The notes: generated by a model not told the origin, from the sequence alone. Positions 13,595 to 27,905 are shown, counted from the stretch's first letter. The stretch: 64,000 nt of DNA from Octopus sinensis (GCF_006345805.1 NC_042999.1:32426001-32490000), one strand, 5' to 3'. Translations and numbers: made by a program.

Positions 13595-14493
13595 ATGTTC
13601 ATAGTGGCCCTTTCAGACATGCCTTCAGTTGCTACGATGACCACCCTTGCTAGCTATGCAGATGACACAAAAGTCTCCCACGCAATACAAAACCCTGAAA
13701 ATATTGCGCATCTGCAACATGAGCTGGACACAATATACAGGTGGGCTGAGGACAACAACATGCAGTTTAATGCAGGTAAGTTCCAGGCCCTGCGCTACTG
13801 GCACACAAAGGTAAATGACGTGAAGACTGGATACACTGGCCCAGGAAGAATTGCAATCCCTGAGTCAAAATCAGTGCGTGACCTGGGCATTGACATGAGC
13901 AATGATGCATCTTTCCAAATGCATATTGCTAATCTGGTGATAAAATGCAGACGGCTAGCTGGATGGATTCTCCGAACTTTCAGAACAAAAGAGAAGGAGA
14001 CACTGATGGTCCTATGGAAAACATTTGTACTCAGCCGCTTGGACTACTGCTCCCAACTTTGGTCACCACACAATATAAAACAAACAGCAGAACTCGAAGC
14101 AACTCAGAGAAGCTACACAAAGAAAATCGTCTCAATGCAAAATGTCAGCTACTGGGAAAGACTGAAGGTATTAAACATCACCATCAAAATACAGGTCCAG
14201 ATACTGCAACAGCTTGGGTTTCAGAGGACCACAGCTCTTTAACATCCTCCCTAAATGCCTGAGAGACTTACATGGTGTGGATGTGGGTTTCTTTAAAACT
14301 AAACTGGATCTCTTCTTGTTGGGAGTCCCAGATGAACCTACCTCACGACAGGAGACACGGATGCGGGCAGCAGCATCGAACTCCCTTGTTGATCAAGTGC
14401 CACGTATCAGAGGTGGATTCACAAACTAGTGTAGCTCATTCAGCGGTGGTGCCCCAGCATGGCCGCGGCCTTCGGGCTAAAACATTTTTAAGG
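13595..14493 (+). mobile_element. 5'-truncated non-LTR retrotransposon (CR1/L2-group LINE): RT C-terminal half and 3' UTR
   Basis: YADDTK catalytic motif, WAEDNNMQFNAGK, VRDLGI, SRLDYCSQLWSP. Internal deletion/frameshift near 14175, then GPQLFNILP...KLD.FL..VPDEP; 3' stem-loop; flanked by (TA)n. Confidence 0.93.
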
Positions 14494-14496
14494 ATG

Positions 14497-14532
<36 letters not shown>

Positions 14533-14627
14533 ATATATATAATATATATATATATTTATTTATATATATACATGCATATATATATTATATATGCACGTAT
14601 AATTAATATATATATATATGTACATAC

Positions 14628-14662
<35 letters not shown>

Positions 14663-14664
14663 GC

Positions 14665-14710
<46 letters not shown>

Positions 14711-15025
14711 ATTATATATATATATATATATTATATATATATATATATATTATATATATATATTATATATATATAAATATATTATATATATATATATATA
14801 CATAAATAAAGAAATATATATATATATATATATCAATACAGAAATAAAATTCACACAAAACATAGCACTAATAAGCACACACAAAGACATGCATAGATAT
14901 TATGAATTGCATCCTATTTAAAATTTTAAAATATCTGGCACTGAGTGGAAATTGAGCAATCTATCTGGACTAAATTGTACTCCGATAAAGATTATATACA
15001 TGAATACATACACCACACCATCTTC

Positions 15026-15068
<43 letters not shown>

Positions 15069-15134
15069 ATATATATTATATATATATATATATATATTTA
15101 TAAATATATATATATATATATATACATACATATA

Positions 15135-15173
<39 letters not shown>

Positions 15174-15174
15174 A

Positions 15175-15261
<87 letters not shown>

Positions 15262-16016
15262 CATGTTAGTATGCATGTAAGTATTTCGGATCTTGGAAGG
15301 ACTTTTCAGAACGGGATATTAGCTGCCGGTAGTACACGCCAAGGTGCCACGCATCAACTATGGTCCTGTACGAACAACTAGGAAGATACGCTGCGTTCTG
15401 CACTCAGTTTGGCTCTGTAGACATAAGAGTTTGACATAAAATTTGTTCATAATTACATCCACGTGAGCATGTCTTACGCTGTATTTGAGGACAGGCTAAA
15501 GTCCAGTTCCCTTCTATTTGTGAGCAACATGTTAAATGAGACAACCACATACACCCAGGATATAAAATCGTAACACCATCAGGTTATATATTCTCTTATA
15601 GAAGTCCACAATTTACGTGAGGATTGTCCAATGTTATCAGATTAAGAGATGAAGCTGTTATCTATCTTAAATGGGACTTTGTGAAATAACAAGCGGCAGT
15701 AATAGTAAGAATGAAAATAACATTTGAATCACCCTGCTTTCCAGTAAATCAATGCTTTAATTAATATACTGCATGAAAACATGCTATCTGTGCGAGGGTC
15801 CCCCTATTTTGTTAGGTTCCTGGTTATTACGTACTTTTAATGCTTCGATAGTAGTCGGATACGTCTTTTCTCACATGATAGCCTATAACAATATTTTCAT
15901 TGATAATGTTAATAAAATAGCCAAAACACACAAGCAAGCACATGCACCTACAAATCCACAAACAAGAACAGATATATACACCCACAAACACACACACACA
16001 CACATAAAAAAAAATG

Positions 16017-16048
<32 letters not shown>

Positions 16049-16869
16049 GACACAAAGAAATACACACTAACTCCGGCAAGCTCACAAACTCTTACGAACG
16101 CACATACACATATATTGGTATATCCAACCTAACTCGCATGTGTTGTGTAAAACGCCTTGCATGGGGGTAAACGTCCGAAGAAATCATCCTGTGCAGACGA
16201 GAAGATGTAAAAAGAGCATAAACCGGCTACAAAAAATTCTTTAGCACCGGCGTATGGTGCTATTGCTTCACATGATTGCAACGTTAATTTCGCATCATCA
16301 GCAGTCGTAGTAATGTGCAGGATGCTTGATCGAAAATACCTACCAAACCGATATAGTATAACACTGGCCAAAGAGCAAATGATGTCTCGAAAAGCTGGTG
16401 GGCTGTAAATAAATTAGGTATTCGGTAAGTTCTTGACTAACACTCATGTACTAACATGTACACAAGATACAATTTCTACTTTCAATCCAAGATAATTCGA
16501 AATTTGTGCGTGTGTTGTATTCTTTTGCGCTGATATTTGCCGTAGAACGGTCATCCATGAAATGTAACGATGTGGTTTCCTCACCGAGTAACTAATGTAA
16601 TATACTCATCAATGCAAAACTTAGAAAAAACAATATTCTATCCACAAAAAAGTGTAATGTAAACAGTGACAGGATTATTAAAAATGAGAAAACAATATTC
16701 ACGAAACAATAATAGAAATACTACCACCATATGTCTGTTACACACACACACCCACACATACACACATAAGTATTTATACATATACACACATATAGGCACA
16801 CGTTCACACATACAGCCAGCATAAGGGCATTGATACATTATTGAACGTGTCTGCTTCTGAATCTTTCTT

Positions 16870-16920
<51 letters not shown>

Positions 16921-17849
16921 TTAGTATTTACATAAGTTAATCACTAACTGGAAATGATTTGTCTGAATATTGTTAGAAAATATTTCATCAAGATTCTCTT
17001 GTATCTTAAGGCTGATAACACTCTCACGTCTACATTATAACATAAATTTCTTTCAGTCCAGCACATTTTATTTACTCTTACCTTGTAGATTTTATTCACG
17101 TCGGATATTATTTGTCGTATTTGAACACAACGTTACATCGAAGTAGTGTAAACGTCGAATATTACTTTTGTATAGCGAGTGCACTTATTTATACATTTCC
17201 TTACTTGACTATCTGCAGAACAATTTAGAATTATTTAGAAAAAGTAAAGTTAAAGAGTGTGATTGTCTACCCTAAATCTAACTTTAAGTATAACTGGTCC
17301 ATAATATTGAGAAGAAAGGAGTCGTTAACACCAATGTTTATACGTGATAAATCAAAATAAATAAGATGTAATACAATCATTCTCGTAGTAGTTTGTAAGT
17401 AGGCATAATCTATATCCAGAGGAAAGAGGAAACTTAAATAATCTGGTTAGAAATAATTCAAAATAAGAATGGCAAATGATCGAATATTTGAAAATCCTAA
17501 ATTTGGTCGACGATGTGTAATAAGTTAGGTTTATGGCCGTTGCTGTCATCCATCTTGACAAAGAACGTTTCCCCATAGCATGAAAATTCAATATTCTAGA
17601 AATTTAATTCTCAACTTCTTCGTCTCTTTCTCGCTACATTTTATTGTGAAACATTAGCAATAGCTACCAGTGTTTTTGTTTATTTTATCAAATATGTTAA
17701 AGAAAAATTGATAGAAATATTCATGTACGTCATTCAGTACATAAAAATACTATATAGGAAAATTTTATTTCGTTTTACTAATATTCAATAATTACGATAT
17801 AGACAATAAAATAATATGGATGTCTCAGTCAATATACTTGTATATATAT

Positions 17850-17897
<48 letters not shown>

Positions 17898-17910
17898 TAT
17901 ACATATATAC

Positions 17911-17975
<65 letters not shown>

Positions 17976-17984
17976 TATACATAT

Positions 17985-18041
<57 letters not shown>

Positions 18042-18089
18042 AGAATATACATATGTAAATTTATATACACTTCTTCTTCTCTCTCTCTC

Positions 18090-18408
18090 TCTCCGCCGGT
18101 TACGACGACGAGGGTCCCAGCTGATACGATCAACGGAACAACTTGCTCGTGAAATTAACGTGCAAATGGCTGAGCATTCCACAGACACGTGTACCCTTAA
18201 CGTAGTTCTCGGGGATAATCAGCGTGACACAGAGAGTGACAAGGCTGACCCTTTGAAATACAAGTACAACTCATTTTTGCCAGCTGAGTGGACTGGAGCA
18301 ACGTGAAATAAAGTGTCTTGCTCAAGGACACAACGTGTCGCCGGGAATCGAACTCACAACCTTACGATCATGAGCCGAATGCCCTAACCACTTAGCCACG
18401 CGCCCTCA
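18090..18408 (-). mobile_element. tRNA-derived SINE, family B
   Basis: Minus strand GGCGCGTGGCTAAGTGGTTAGGGC...GAGTTCGATTCC; second copy at 40541-40835. Confidence 0.9.
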
Positions 18409-18493
18409 CTATATACACTTATTTACAAATGGTTGTATATAATGTCCTGCAAACTAGCTAACGATTTATTTTTAATAACATTATAAAGGTATT

Positions 18494-18567
<74 letters not shown>

Positions 18568-18890
18568 TGTGTGTGTATGTGGGGGGTGGTGCGTGTGTGT
18601 GTATGTGTGTGTAAATAAATAAATATATATGTGGGTACACTGAAAAGCAAAATAATATTTTACATAAAGCTATTGCTTTATAAGTTTGTCCAAAGTTGCC
18701 TCTCTTAGATACATCCCACTAACAAGAATCAAACAACTCGAGACATCGATCGCGGGCATTCCTGATGCATGGTGACATTGAACTTAACCTCACTGAATTT
18801 GCATTTTAGCAGCTGAACTATGTCACAAACTTTTTACTAACCTATATTTTTGCTTATGCCTAAACACTGCTTGGGGCTAACATTTCATTA

Positions 18891-20100
18891 TACGAGGGAT
18901 GTATGAAAACTCTCAGCCTCAAACAAAACAAAACATGGTACAACACTTCTGGTGATATATTCTTTCAATATAGTCCTCCTCGATTGCTGAACACTTTCTC
19001 AAGAGGTGCTGAAGCACCATTATCCCGGCGTAGAAGAACTAATTTTTTTTTTGAGACTCCAAAAAACTTCCTACATCGTCTATAACGTCATTTTCACTGG
19101 CAAAATGGCGACCAGCCAGGGCTTTATAAATTTTGAGGAATAAATGTAAGGCAGATGAAGAACATGTTCGTATCTACAATCACGACTTTTCGCCATGGTA
19201 ACGACTGAGTTGTGGGCTGGAGCATGGTCGTGATGCAAAAAGGACTCCTCATCTGAGCACTCCCAGCCTATTTTCTTTGATTGCCTCTCGGAGGCGTTTA
19301 AGTAACTGAGAAAACCATAACCCTCTAACGGTGTGACCCTTTTCAAGGTAATCTATGAGCAAGACACATTGGGAATTAAAAAAGGACACTATGACCTTGC
19401 CAGTTGAAGGAATTACCCTAGCCTTCTTTGGGGTAGATATGTGCCTCCAATGCTTTTATTGTACTTTGATTTCAGGCTGGTAGTGATGAACCCAACTTTC
19501 GTCCATATTAATGAAACAAGCAAGAAAATTCTCTTCATCGGTTTCAAAGTGCACCTGGTGCGTTTCGGTTCAGTAGTCAAAATGCGAGGGACCCGTCTTG
19601 CGGCGAGCTGGCAGAAATTTTAGCACTCCGGGCGAAATGCTTAGCGGTGTTTCGTCAGTCTTTACGTTCTGAGTTCAAATTCTGCTGAGGTCGACTTTGC
19701 CTTTCATTCTTTCGGTGTCGATAAATTAGGTACCAGTTACGTACTGTGGTCGATGAAATCGACTTAATCTCATTGTCTCTCCCTGTTTGTCTCCTCTATG
19801 TTTAGCCCCTTGTGGGTAATAAAGAAATAGGAAACTTTTGAGAGCCCAAATTCTTTCGTCCCAATGTCGTCTGCTCTTTCATTTGAGATACCCAGTCTTT
19901 CAGCTATCTAACGACATGATTTTCAGCGATCTTGCATTATCATAACAAGAGCAATGTCAAGTTTGTCCTTGGAGGGTTGCAGTTGGATTCCATTGCATTC
20001 CAATTGTAGGTCAGAAATTTTTTAGGCAACCTAATTCTGCAGAAACGCGGCGAATCTTTCGGTTAGTATCAATTTAATCAATATTTAAATTTAGCAGATG
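18891..20100 (-). mobile_element. Decayed mariner transposon interrupted by a SINE
   Basis: TACGAGGG terminus at 18891. Minus-strand peptides IAERLGIS, KVS|ARRVPR (WVPR motif), MDESWVHHYQPE, HHDHAPAH. Far end uncertain. Confidence 0.88.
19601..19830 (+). mobile_element. SINE, family C
   Basis: GGCGAGCTGGCAGAA...GAGTTCAAATTC...GAGGTCGACTTTGCCTTTCAT...GTCGATAAATTA; same family at 25212-25400. Confidence 0.88.
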
Positions 20101-21619
20101 TATTTTGTGAAAAAAATTTATATGTCTATATGCTAACATGAGATCCGACGCAAGTATACTTTTTTTCATAATATCAATTAGTACATACGGACTTTATACA
20201 CGAACGTCGAGCCAGTACAAATTACAGTCAAGGAAAAAATCCACCCAATATGCACGTTGTACAAGTAAAGTATATTAACCTAGTATGATGTAATTAAAGC
20301 ACTTGTTATCCAACCGGCCATTTTGCCACCCCTTGATTAGAAGGTCAGCATACATAAGCATAAATAGCATTCATTATGCTATTGTTGCTGTCAGTGATCT
20401 GCCAATCAGCACCTCAGCATTCAATCGAAATTAGAATTAAAGAAATTTCGATATGCTTCCAGGTTAACGCCACAACATGTCCTGTTCGGTGCATTCTACA
20501 AAAGTCAACATCTAACTATATATATACTAAACTGCTGCTTTGTTTAAAAGATATAATACACAGAAATGAAATTGATCTTATTCTTCGAGCTAAGACATAG
20601 AAAAAAATCACCAATTCCGCTCAACATCGGAGTATGAAACACACTGATCTCTGTCCATGCCTATTTCAGAATAGAAAATAGTCTTGGATGGAAGGTAATA
20701 ATTGCAAAACAAATCAACGTTTACTCTTTGCGCGGTGGGACGAAGATCAGTAGCAGGAAGATCCACTGTATATAAAGAAGAAAACGTGCACGTGAAAGTG
20801 ATTTCAAGACCAGCAGATTATAATTCTGCGTTATCCAAACCATTTATGGGTCATTAAAGCATGTGAGAATAATGCCTGATTCTCCCAGGCAAATATCTTC
20901 AATATGTTTACAAATATGCAAAAAAAGGACAACTTTGATGTTATTTTTACATCACGTTTCACACTCACTTTGATTGCAAAATATGAAATTAATCGTTATG
21001 GCATCAATAATGAAACTCTTGTGAAGAATTATGAAAGTTACCACCCATGAAAATAATTCGAGTGAAATGCATTCATGTATTTATCTAGAAAGCATTTCTT
21101 TTCATGAGTAAATATTTGTGAATGCATACAGCGCGTAAGAAGCTTCAAGGTCACAGAAATCTCTGAAATATGTCAAAGTGATCGATTAGCCAAATTTCAT
21201 GTATCCTGAGATATTCGAAATGAATACATTTTGGTAAGCTCACAGAAAATATAACCAAAATGACAATCAAGGCATATATGTACAAATTTGAGGATAATAT
21301 ATTAAATATACTTAATTATTTGCCTGCATAAAACAATTCCATGTCACAAAATCAATATACTCTTGAATAACATTAGCATTCATAAAGAGACATGAGGTAA
21401 AATTTCTTGCTTAACCAACAAAACTTTAAAAGGAAAAGTTTCTACACATTTTCCAGTGTCCTTTGCCACGTCATTCAAACAGACTTTGTGGAATGTTTTC
21501 AATTCAGTGTGTGAAATTCATAGGAAAAACATTTCACATTCTCGAATTTGAAATATTGATACTACTAGGCTGTTGAAAATTTTTATAACGAATTAGCACT
21601 CGCTTTCTCTGTCTCTCTC

Positions 21620-21729
21620 TTTTACTCTTTTACTTTTTTCAGTCATTTCACTGCGGCCATGCTGGAGCACCGCCTTTAGTCGAGCAACTCGACTCCGGGA
21701 CACACAAACACACACGCATACACACACAA

Positions 21730-21766
<37 letters not shown>

Positions 21767-21937
21767 CACATATATACAACGGGCTTCTTTCAGTTTCTCT
21801 CTACCGAATCCACTCACAATGCTTTAGTCGGCCCGAGGCTATAGTAGAGGACACTTGCGTAATGTACCACGCAGTGGGACTGAATCCGGAACCATGTGGT
21901 TGGTAAGCAAGCTACTTACCACGCAGCCATTCCTGCG
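21620..21937 (-). mobile_element. tRNA-derived SINE, family D (internally deleted, LINE-like tail)
   Basis: Minus GCGCAGGAATGGCTGCGTGGTAAG...GATTCAGTCC; tail GGCGGTGCTCCAGCATGGCC. Homologous to 56081-56530. Confidence 0.88.
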
Positions 21938-22790
21938 CTCTCTTTATTTTTTGTTTTGTTATCATTGATTTTACTTACAAAATTCTATAAATTGTGTAAT
22001 TTGAAATGTCTGATTCCTATAAATTAATTAGCACTGTTATGTCCCATTAGATTGTCACTTGTCGAAACATGCATATTTCGAGTGGCTTGAGTGATGAATA
22101 AGTCTGAATATTATTTGATGTAGACAATTCACAAAACTTTTATCGCGACTATGTTCATATTCCTACACTCAATACCTGCCACAGTACAAGAGAAATATTT
22201 CTATGTTCAATCTTCTATTACGGCAGGAACTTTATTAAAAAGAATTGCGAATGTTCATCACTAATCTCATCAGAAATATAAGTCGATTTTTCCCTTCAAA
22301 ATGTCCATGATATAACATTTCTTAAGCAACCTACTAAGATATGTAAGATAATACTTAAAACAAAATTTAAGCAAACATATATTCAAACATATAGTCAAAC
22401 ATACTAGTAAGGAACAACACACGAGTGTAAAGAGTGTGTAAAACAAGACAGAAAATATTTTATTAAGAAATACATTCACACAAAGCGTATATCAACACAT
22501 ATTTTACAAACGCACGCAATTTTGCAATTTTTGTAAATTAATTATCATAATTATGCATACATAATAAAACTCGTATAACATATAATACGAGTTTAACTAT
22601 AGAACATGGAAATTAACATACAAGCACATCAGGAGCGAACCAGTCAGTTCTCTATATACATGAAACATTAGTCAAAACCCAACCGTATCTCCAATAGCGG
22701 GATGTTTTATGAACGGGGGTCCATTTATATAATAATAGAGACCCACTTCACTGTACGTTGAATAAGATGGATGACACCGCAATGTATATA

Positions 22791-22850
<60 letters not shown>

Positions 22851-22856
<6 letters not shown>

Positions 22857-22981
22857 AAAAAATGAAGTTCGAAAATGCTGCTGTATTATACAATTTTTAA
22901 TTTTTATATATACATTATAACATGTTAAAAATTAAAAATTGTATAATACAGCAGCATTTTCGAACTTCATTTTTTACAAAT
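22851..22981. repeat. Perfect inverted repeat, ~56 bp arms, ~19 bp spacer, in (TA)n
   Basis: ATTTGTAAAAAATGAAGTTCGAAAATGCTGCTGTATTATACAATTTTTAATTTTTA and its reverse complement. Confidence 0.95.
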
Positions 22982-23830
22982 ATATACCTACTCGTATACG
23001 AGCTAATCCTATTATAAATATATATATATATATATTATATATATAATATATATATATATTATATATATATATATATATATATCTATATATATATATATAT
23101 ACATAAACAGACATATATAGGTTTTAATTATATACAATTATATATGAGAGTGTATGCTTCTATATATGTCTATATATATATATATATATATGTTAATGAA
23201 CTCACGTGTTTATACATTCGAAAGTTGTGTATTTTTAGTAGGTGATTGCAAGTGTAATCTGTGAATTCTTTTTTAATTTAAACATGAGCAAAAACTGCGG
23301 AATACTACATATATCGAATTGCAATTATATGTATTATATTTTAGGGGCTTCTATTGAAATTGATCATAATTACGTATATATACGATATTGACTGCTGGCA
23401 TAACTACGTATTCGTTGTTGTTTTGCAAATTAAAAGTCCATATATGAAGCCACATAAATATATCATAAAATCACTCTACTTATTCTAGGATAACCAGCTT
23501 CACAATGTCTTCCAAAATAATGACATTTTCTTGTTCTAACAGCACTACATATTCATACAATATTGAACGGTATAGAGTGTTCACTAAATGAAACGTTATT
23601 TGTTGTATATTCTAAAAAAATACTTACCAAGATCAGCAGCTCATTTCTATTGTCTAGCCATGTCATATCATAATATTTTGCCAACATTTCTCTTGTGATT
23701 TTTTGTTTCTCTTCAAAAGAATTATTATTAATGCTTGCTGGAAGATAATTCAAATTAATAGTTAAAGTGATACTGTATTCAGCATAAATTGAATTATAGT
23801 ATCAAACTCTCTCTCTCTCACACTTTCTCT

Positions 23831-23914
<84 letters not shown>

Positions 23915-23932
23915 ATATATATTATATATATA

Positions 23933-23986
<54 letters not shown>

Positions 23987-24066
23987 ATATACATTTATAT
24001 ATATATATATTATATATATATATATATATAATAATATATATATATATATATATATATAGATATATA

Positions 24067-24106
<40 letters not shown>

Positions 24107-24114
24107 ATATATAT

Positions 24115-24158
<44 letters not shown>

Positions 24159-24160
<2 letters not shown>

Positions 24161-24452
24161 GCACTTGGCTCAGTGGTTAGAGCGTCGAGCTTACGAGCGT
24201 GAGGTTGTGAGATCGAAACTGGGATCGGGCTGCGTTTTGTGTTCTTCAGCAAGACACTTTATTTCACGTTGCTCCAGTTAACTCAACTGTAGAAATGAGT
24301 TGCGACGTCAAGATGCTGCCTTTCCCTTGGATAACACTGGTGGCGTGGAGAGGGGAGGCCGGTATGCATGGGCGACAGCTGGTCTTCCATAAACCGCCTT
24401 GCCCAGACTTGTGACTAGGAGGGTAACTTTCTAAATGCAATCCTATGGTCAG
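24159..24452 (+). mobile_element. tRNA-derived SINE, family A
   Basis: Aligns by eye along its length with 983-1315. Confidence 0.9.
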
Positions 24453-24469
24453 TATATATATATATATAT

Positions 24470-24766
24470 CACCGTGATCCCCGTGAACGACCAGGCTATC
24501 AGATGTTGCTACACATCGCTGGTCACAATGCGCTTTGCATTGCTTTAGCCTTCAAATGACGCCACCCCGCTGGCTAAGCGAGCAGGCCAACAGTAGAAAG
24601 AGTGAGAGAAAGAGTACAGCAGGGATCGCCACCACCCCCTGCAGGAGCCTAGTGGAGTTTAGGTGTTTTCGCTCAGTAAACACTCGCAACGCCCGGCCTG
24701 GGAATCGAAACCGCAAACCTGCGCTACCGAGAGTCCGCTGCCCTAGCCACTGGGCCATTGCGCCTC

Positions 24767-24768
<2 letters not shown>
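24470..24768 (-). mobile_element. tRNA-derived SINE, family E
   Basis: Minus GGAGGCGCAATGGCCCAGTGG...GGTTTCGATTCC; deleted copy at 57558-57730. Confidence 0.88.
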
Positions 24769-24820
<52 letters not shown>

Positions 24821-25211
24821 GGCACGTACACACACGTTGATGGTTAACCAAATTCTTTAAAACTGAGTGCTTTAATAATATCTGGCTGCAGTTTTTAATT
24901 CCTTTCAAATTTTCTACAAACTTCATACTATATGTGTGTGAGTGGGTGGGTGTGTGTGTTTGGGTGTGTGTGTGTATGTGTGTTTGCTTGTGTGTGTTGT
25001 GCAGTAAGTATGAGTGTCTGCATGCGAACGTATGTATCACAGTTTGTATATAGGTGTGCCAGTATGCGCATTTGCGTGAAATTTTTGAAGCATACAAGCA
25101 GCAAGACCATGACAGGGCACCTCACCGTATCCTATAGCTAATCCTTAAAATCTTCCCACTTCACTCTATCTACCTCTCTTTCCATTTCTTTTCTTTTCTT
25201 TATTTATACCT

Positions 25212-25400
25212 ATTTCTATTTCTTTATTACCCACAAGGGGCTAAACTTAGAGGGGACAAACATGGACAGACATAGGTATTAAGTCGATTATATCGACCCC
25301 AGGGCTTAACTGGTACTTAATTTATCGACCCCGAAAGGATGAAAGGCAAAGTCGACCTCAGCGGAATTTGAACTCACAACGTAACGGCAGCCGAAATACT
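25212..25400 (-). mobile_element. SINE, family C (5'-truncated)
   Basis: Reverse-complement match to 19650-19830. Confidence 0.85.
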
Positions 25401-25692
25401 TTACTTACACCACTTAATAGCCACCTCCGCTACCATTCTATTATTGGACGTTGATATGTTCACGTCTTTTTCTTGGGATATCTTTTATATCAGGACTTTC
25501 ACCCACATGGATATACGCAGGATTGCACCTAAGGACTCACGATCTGGTTCTATGGCTTCTGAAAGTTGAACTATAAACGTTAACGCTTTTTTTCTTCTTT
25601 CTTACCGCTCTTTATTTATTTACTCCCTTCCTCTACGTCGTTATTTTATTGATACAAGCCATTCTCATTTTCCCTAAATTTCTTCTTTATTT

Positions 25693-25748
25693 GTCTCTGA
25701 TGACGGCATATCCCATACTCAGGGATATCCCAGAAACAGCTGTAAGGT
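25693..25748 (+). ncRNA. Type I hammerhead ribozyme motif, intact core
   Basis: UCU-CUGAUGA-CGGCAUAUCCC-loop-GGGAUAUCCCA-GAAA-CAGCUG (palindrome)-UA-AGG. Confidence 0.85.
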
Positions 25749-25989
25749 TTTGAATTTTTTTCCTATAATAATATCGCATACAAATAGAGATGTTTGCCTT
25801 GCCTTAATGATTGCTTTCCTGCTTCACAATTATACTTCTGCTACATCGGAAGTCTGCAATTGTTCCATAACTACCGTCTCGACTATAAACTTGGAACCCG
25901 AAGTAATCCGTTACAGCACTTCTCTAGCGTACCTAATCGTTTAGATCACCTGTGAACTAAACCCCCATACTTTGCATATATACATACAC

Positions 25990-26068
<79 letters not shown>

Positions 26069-27618
26069 TATGTATATATAGATATATACATACATAAATA
26101 TATATATATATACACTTGTATATATATATATATACATGTATATACATATTTATATACACATATATATATATGTGTGTATGTGTAGATACATATATCTATA
26201 AATATATAAGAGAGTTTGTACATGTGTGTGTGCGTATATACCTTATGCATTTGAAAACTGAGTTGCCGATTTTGAACAATGGAATATCAAAAGATTCAGT
26301 AAGCTTCTTTTTACGAGCTAAACTATGTTTTCATTCACATATTTCCATTAGAGAAAATTATCATTTTCATTTTTTTTTAGTCACCTATCGTAAATGACAT
26401 TTCATATCACAACCACAGCGCCGATGGTTTCACATTTCCTATGTGAGAGTGTTCGCGCGTTCGTTACCTACGTTGGGACGATGACTGACAAGTATATGTG
26501 CGTGGTAGTATACGTGTCTGACAGTATACATACATTTTTACGACTAACACATACACAAGCACACATATGCATCTAAAGACAACGATAGGCATACACATGG
26601 AGAAAAGCTAGGCTTTAGGTGTGCGTTAATGTATGTGTATATGTGTTAGATTATGTATGCAACTAGCCCCACAAAAGTGAAACGCGCCGATATTGGAAGT
26701 TTACTTGCGGCCTGGACTTAATACGAACAACGATGTTCACCTTCAAGAACTATCAAAATGCACATTTCGCTGATGTAACGCTACTCACAATGCTCGCAAA
26801 TTTATCTGGAAAATATGTTATTCTTGTAATTATAAGAAATTCGGAAACATGGCGAAATAGAAAGCCTCAGCGGCTCTTTTACAGAAATATTTTTCCTCTC
26901 CTTCTAACCATTTTCAAGATTATGTTATTTAATAGTCCTTATATTTAATGCTTCAACAGTGTATCAACGTCGCGCAATCTTTTTACAGCGTTGATCAGTA
27001 TTTATTCTATAGCGTATAAAGTTAAGCAGTTAAAAATTATATAGCAATGTCAAATTAATTTATATCTTGCTACATACGCCCTTCAGAATATGTTTTAAAT
27101 TCACGTTCACAATAACATATTTTTTTTCTAGACACTTGGGGCAGCGTTCATTTCAAAATTGTAAAGTATATATATATTTTTTTTATGAAAAATTGAATTA
27201 TGCTTTCTGAATTCTCTTGGACTTTTACATTCTTCACTGTGACATTCAATCGTGAATTTTATAACATTTAGTACATATTCTAAATAAGTATTGACTTTAT
27301 GTACTTTCTTACGATGGTGACGCATACTAACTTTTGCTAAATTGGTGACTTTCCATTTTTCTATAGCTTAACTATGCTACAGAAAGTATGTTTGCACTTA
27401 CATTGACTACATTTAGTAACTTTTGCTAAATTGCTGTCTTTCCATTTTGTATAGCATAAATATGCTACAGAACGTATGTTTTGCACCTATATTGACTACA
27501 GTTCGTTTCTTTTGAACTTCGTGCGTGTACGTTTTGCTGCTTTCAATATTATCAATTCCATGTGTGTGTGTGTTTCTGCGTTCGTTACGCCTATAGTAAA
27601 CTATAGAAAAGAACATTT

Positions 27619-27905
27619 TTGCACTATTTTAATGAGCCCACATCTAATGAAGTAGACATCCTTATGGTTGGTGATCCCCATGAAACACATGATATTCTCA
27701 CTCGTGTTCAAGATAACAAACTTAAAAGTGTTTCGCAGGCTCATCCCTCTTATGATGCTCTCCAATATACTCTTATTTTGTGTAATGGAAAAGCTGGGTA
27801 TCATTTCAATATTCCATGCATTGATCCTGAAACAGGATAGCCAATTACAAACTCAAAGGTGTCGTCAAATGACGTCTATTCTTACCAACTGATATTAAGA
27901 CCAGA
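27619..27905 (+). pseudogene. Helitron Rep/helicase gene fragment
   Basis: FNEPTSNEVDILMVGD...HPSYDALQYTL...GYHFNI and, after a stop, KVSSNDVYSYQLILR. Matches conserved Helitron RepHel motifs (FNAPT.NEVA, H.SYDALQYPL, G.DGYH, VS..FY.YRL). Confidence 0.85.

Noticed and set aside
22003-22080. Possible HHR (CTGATTC...GAAACATGC)
   Set aside because: Core and NUH both defective; no stem II.
22851-22981. pre-miRNA hairpin
   Set aside because: Perfect AT-rich arms inside (TA)n fit an insertion-derived palindrome; no expression evidence.
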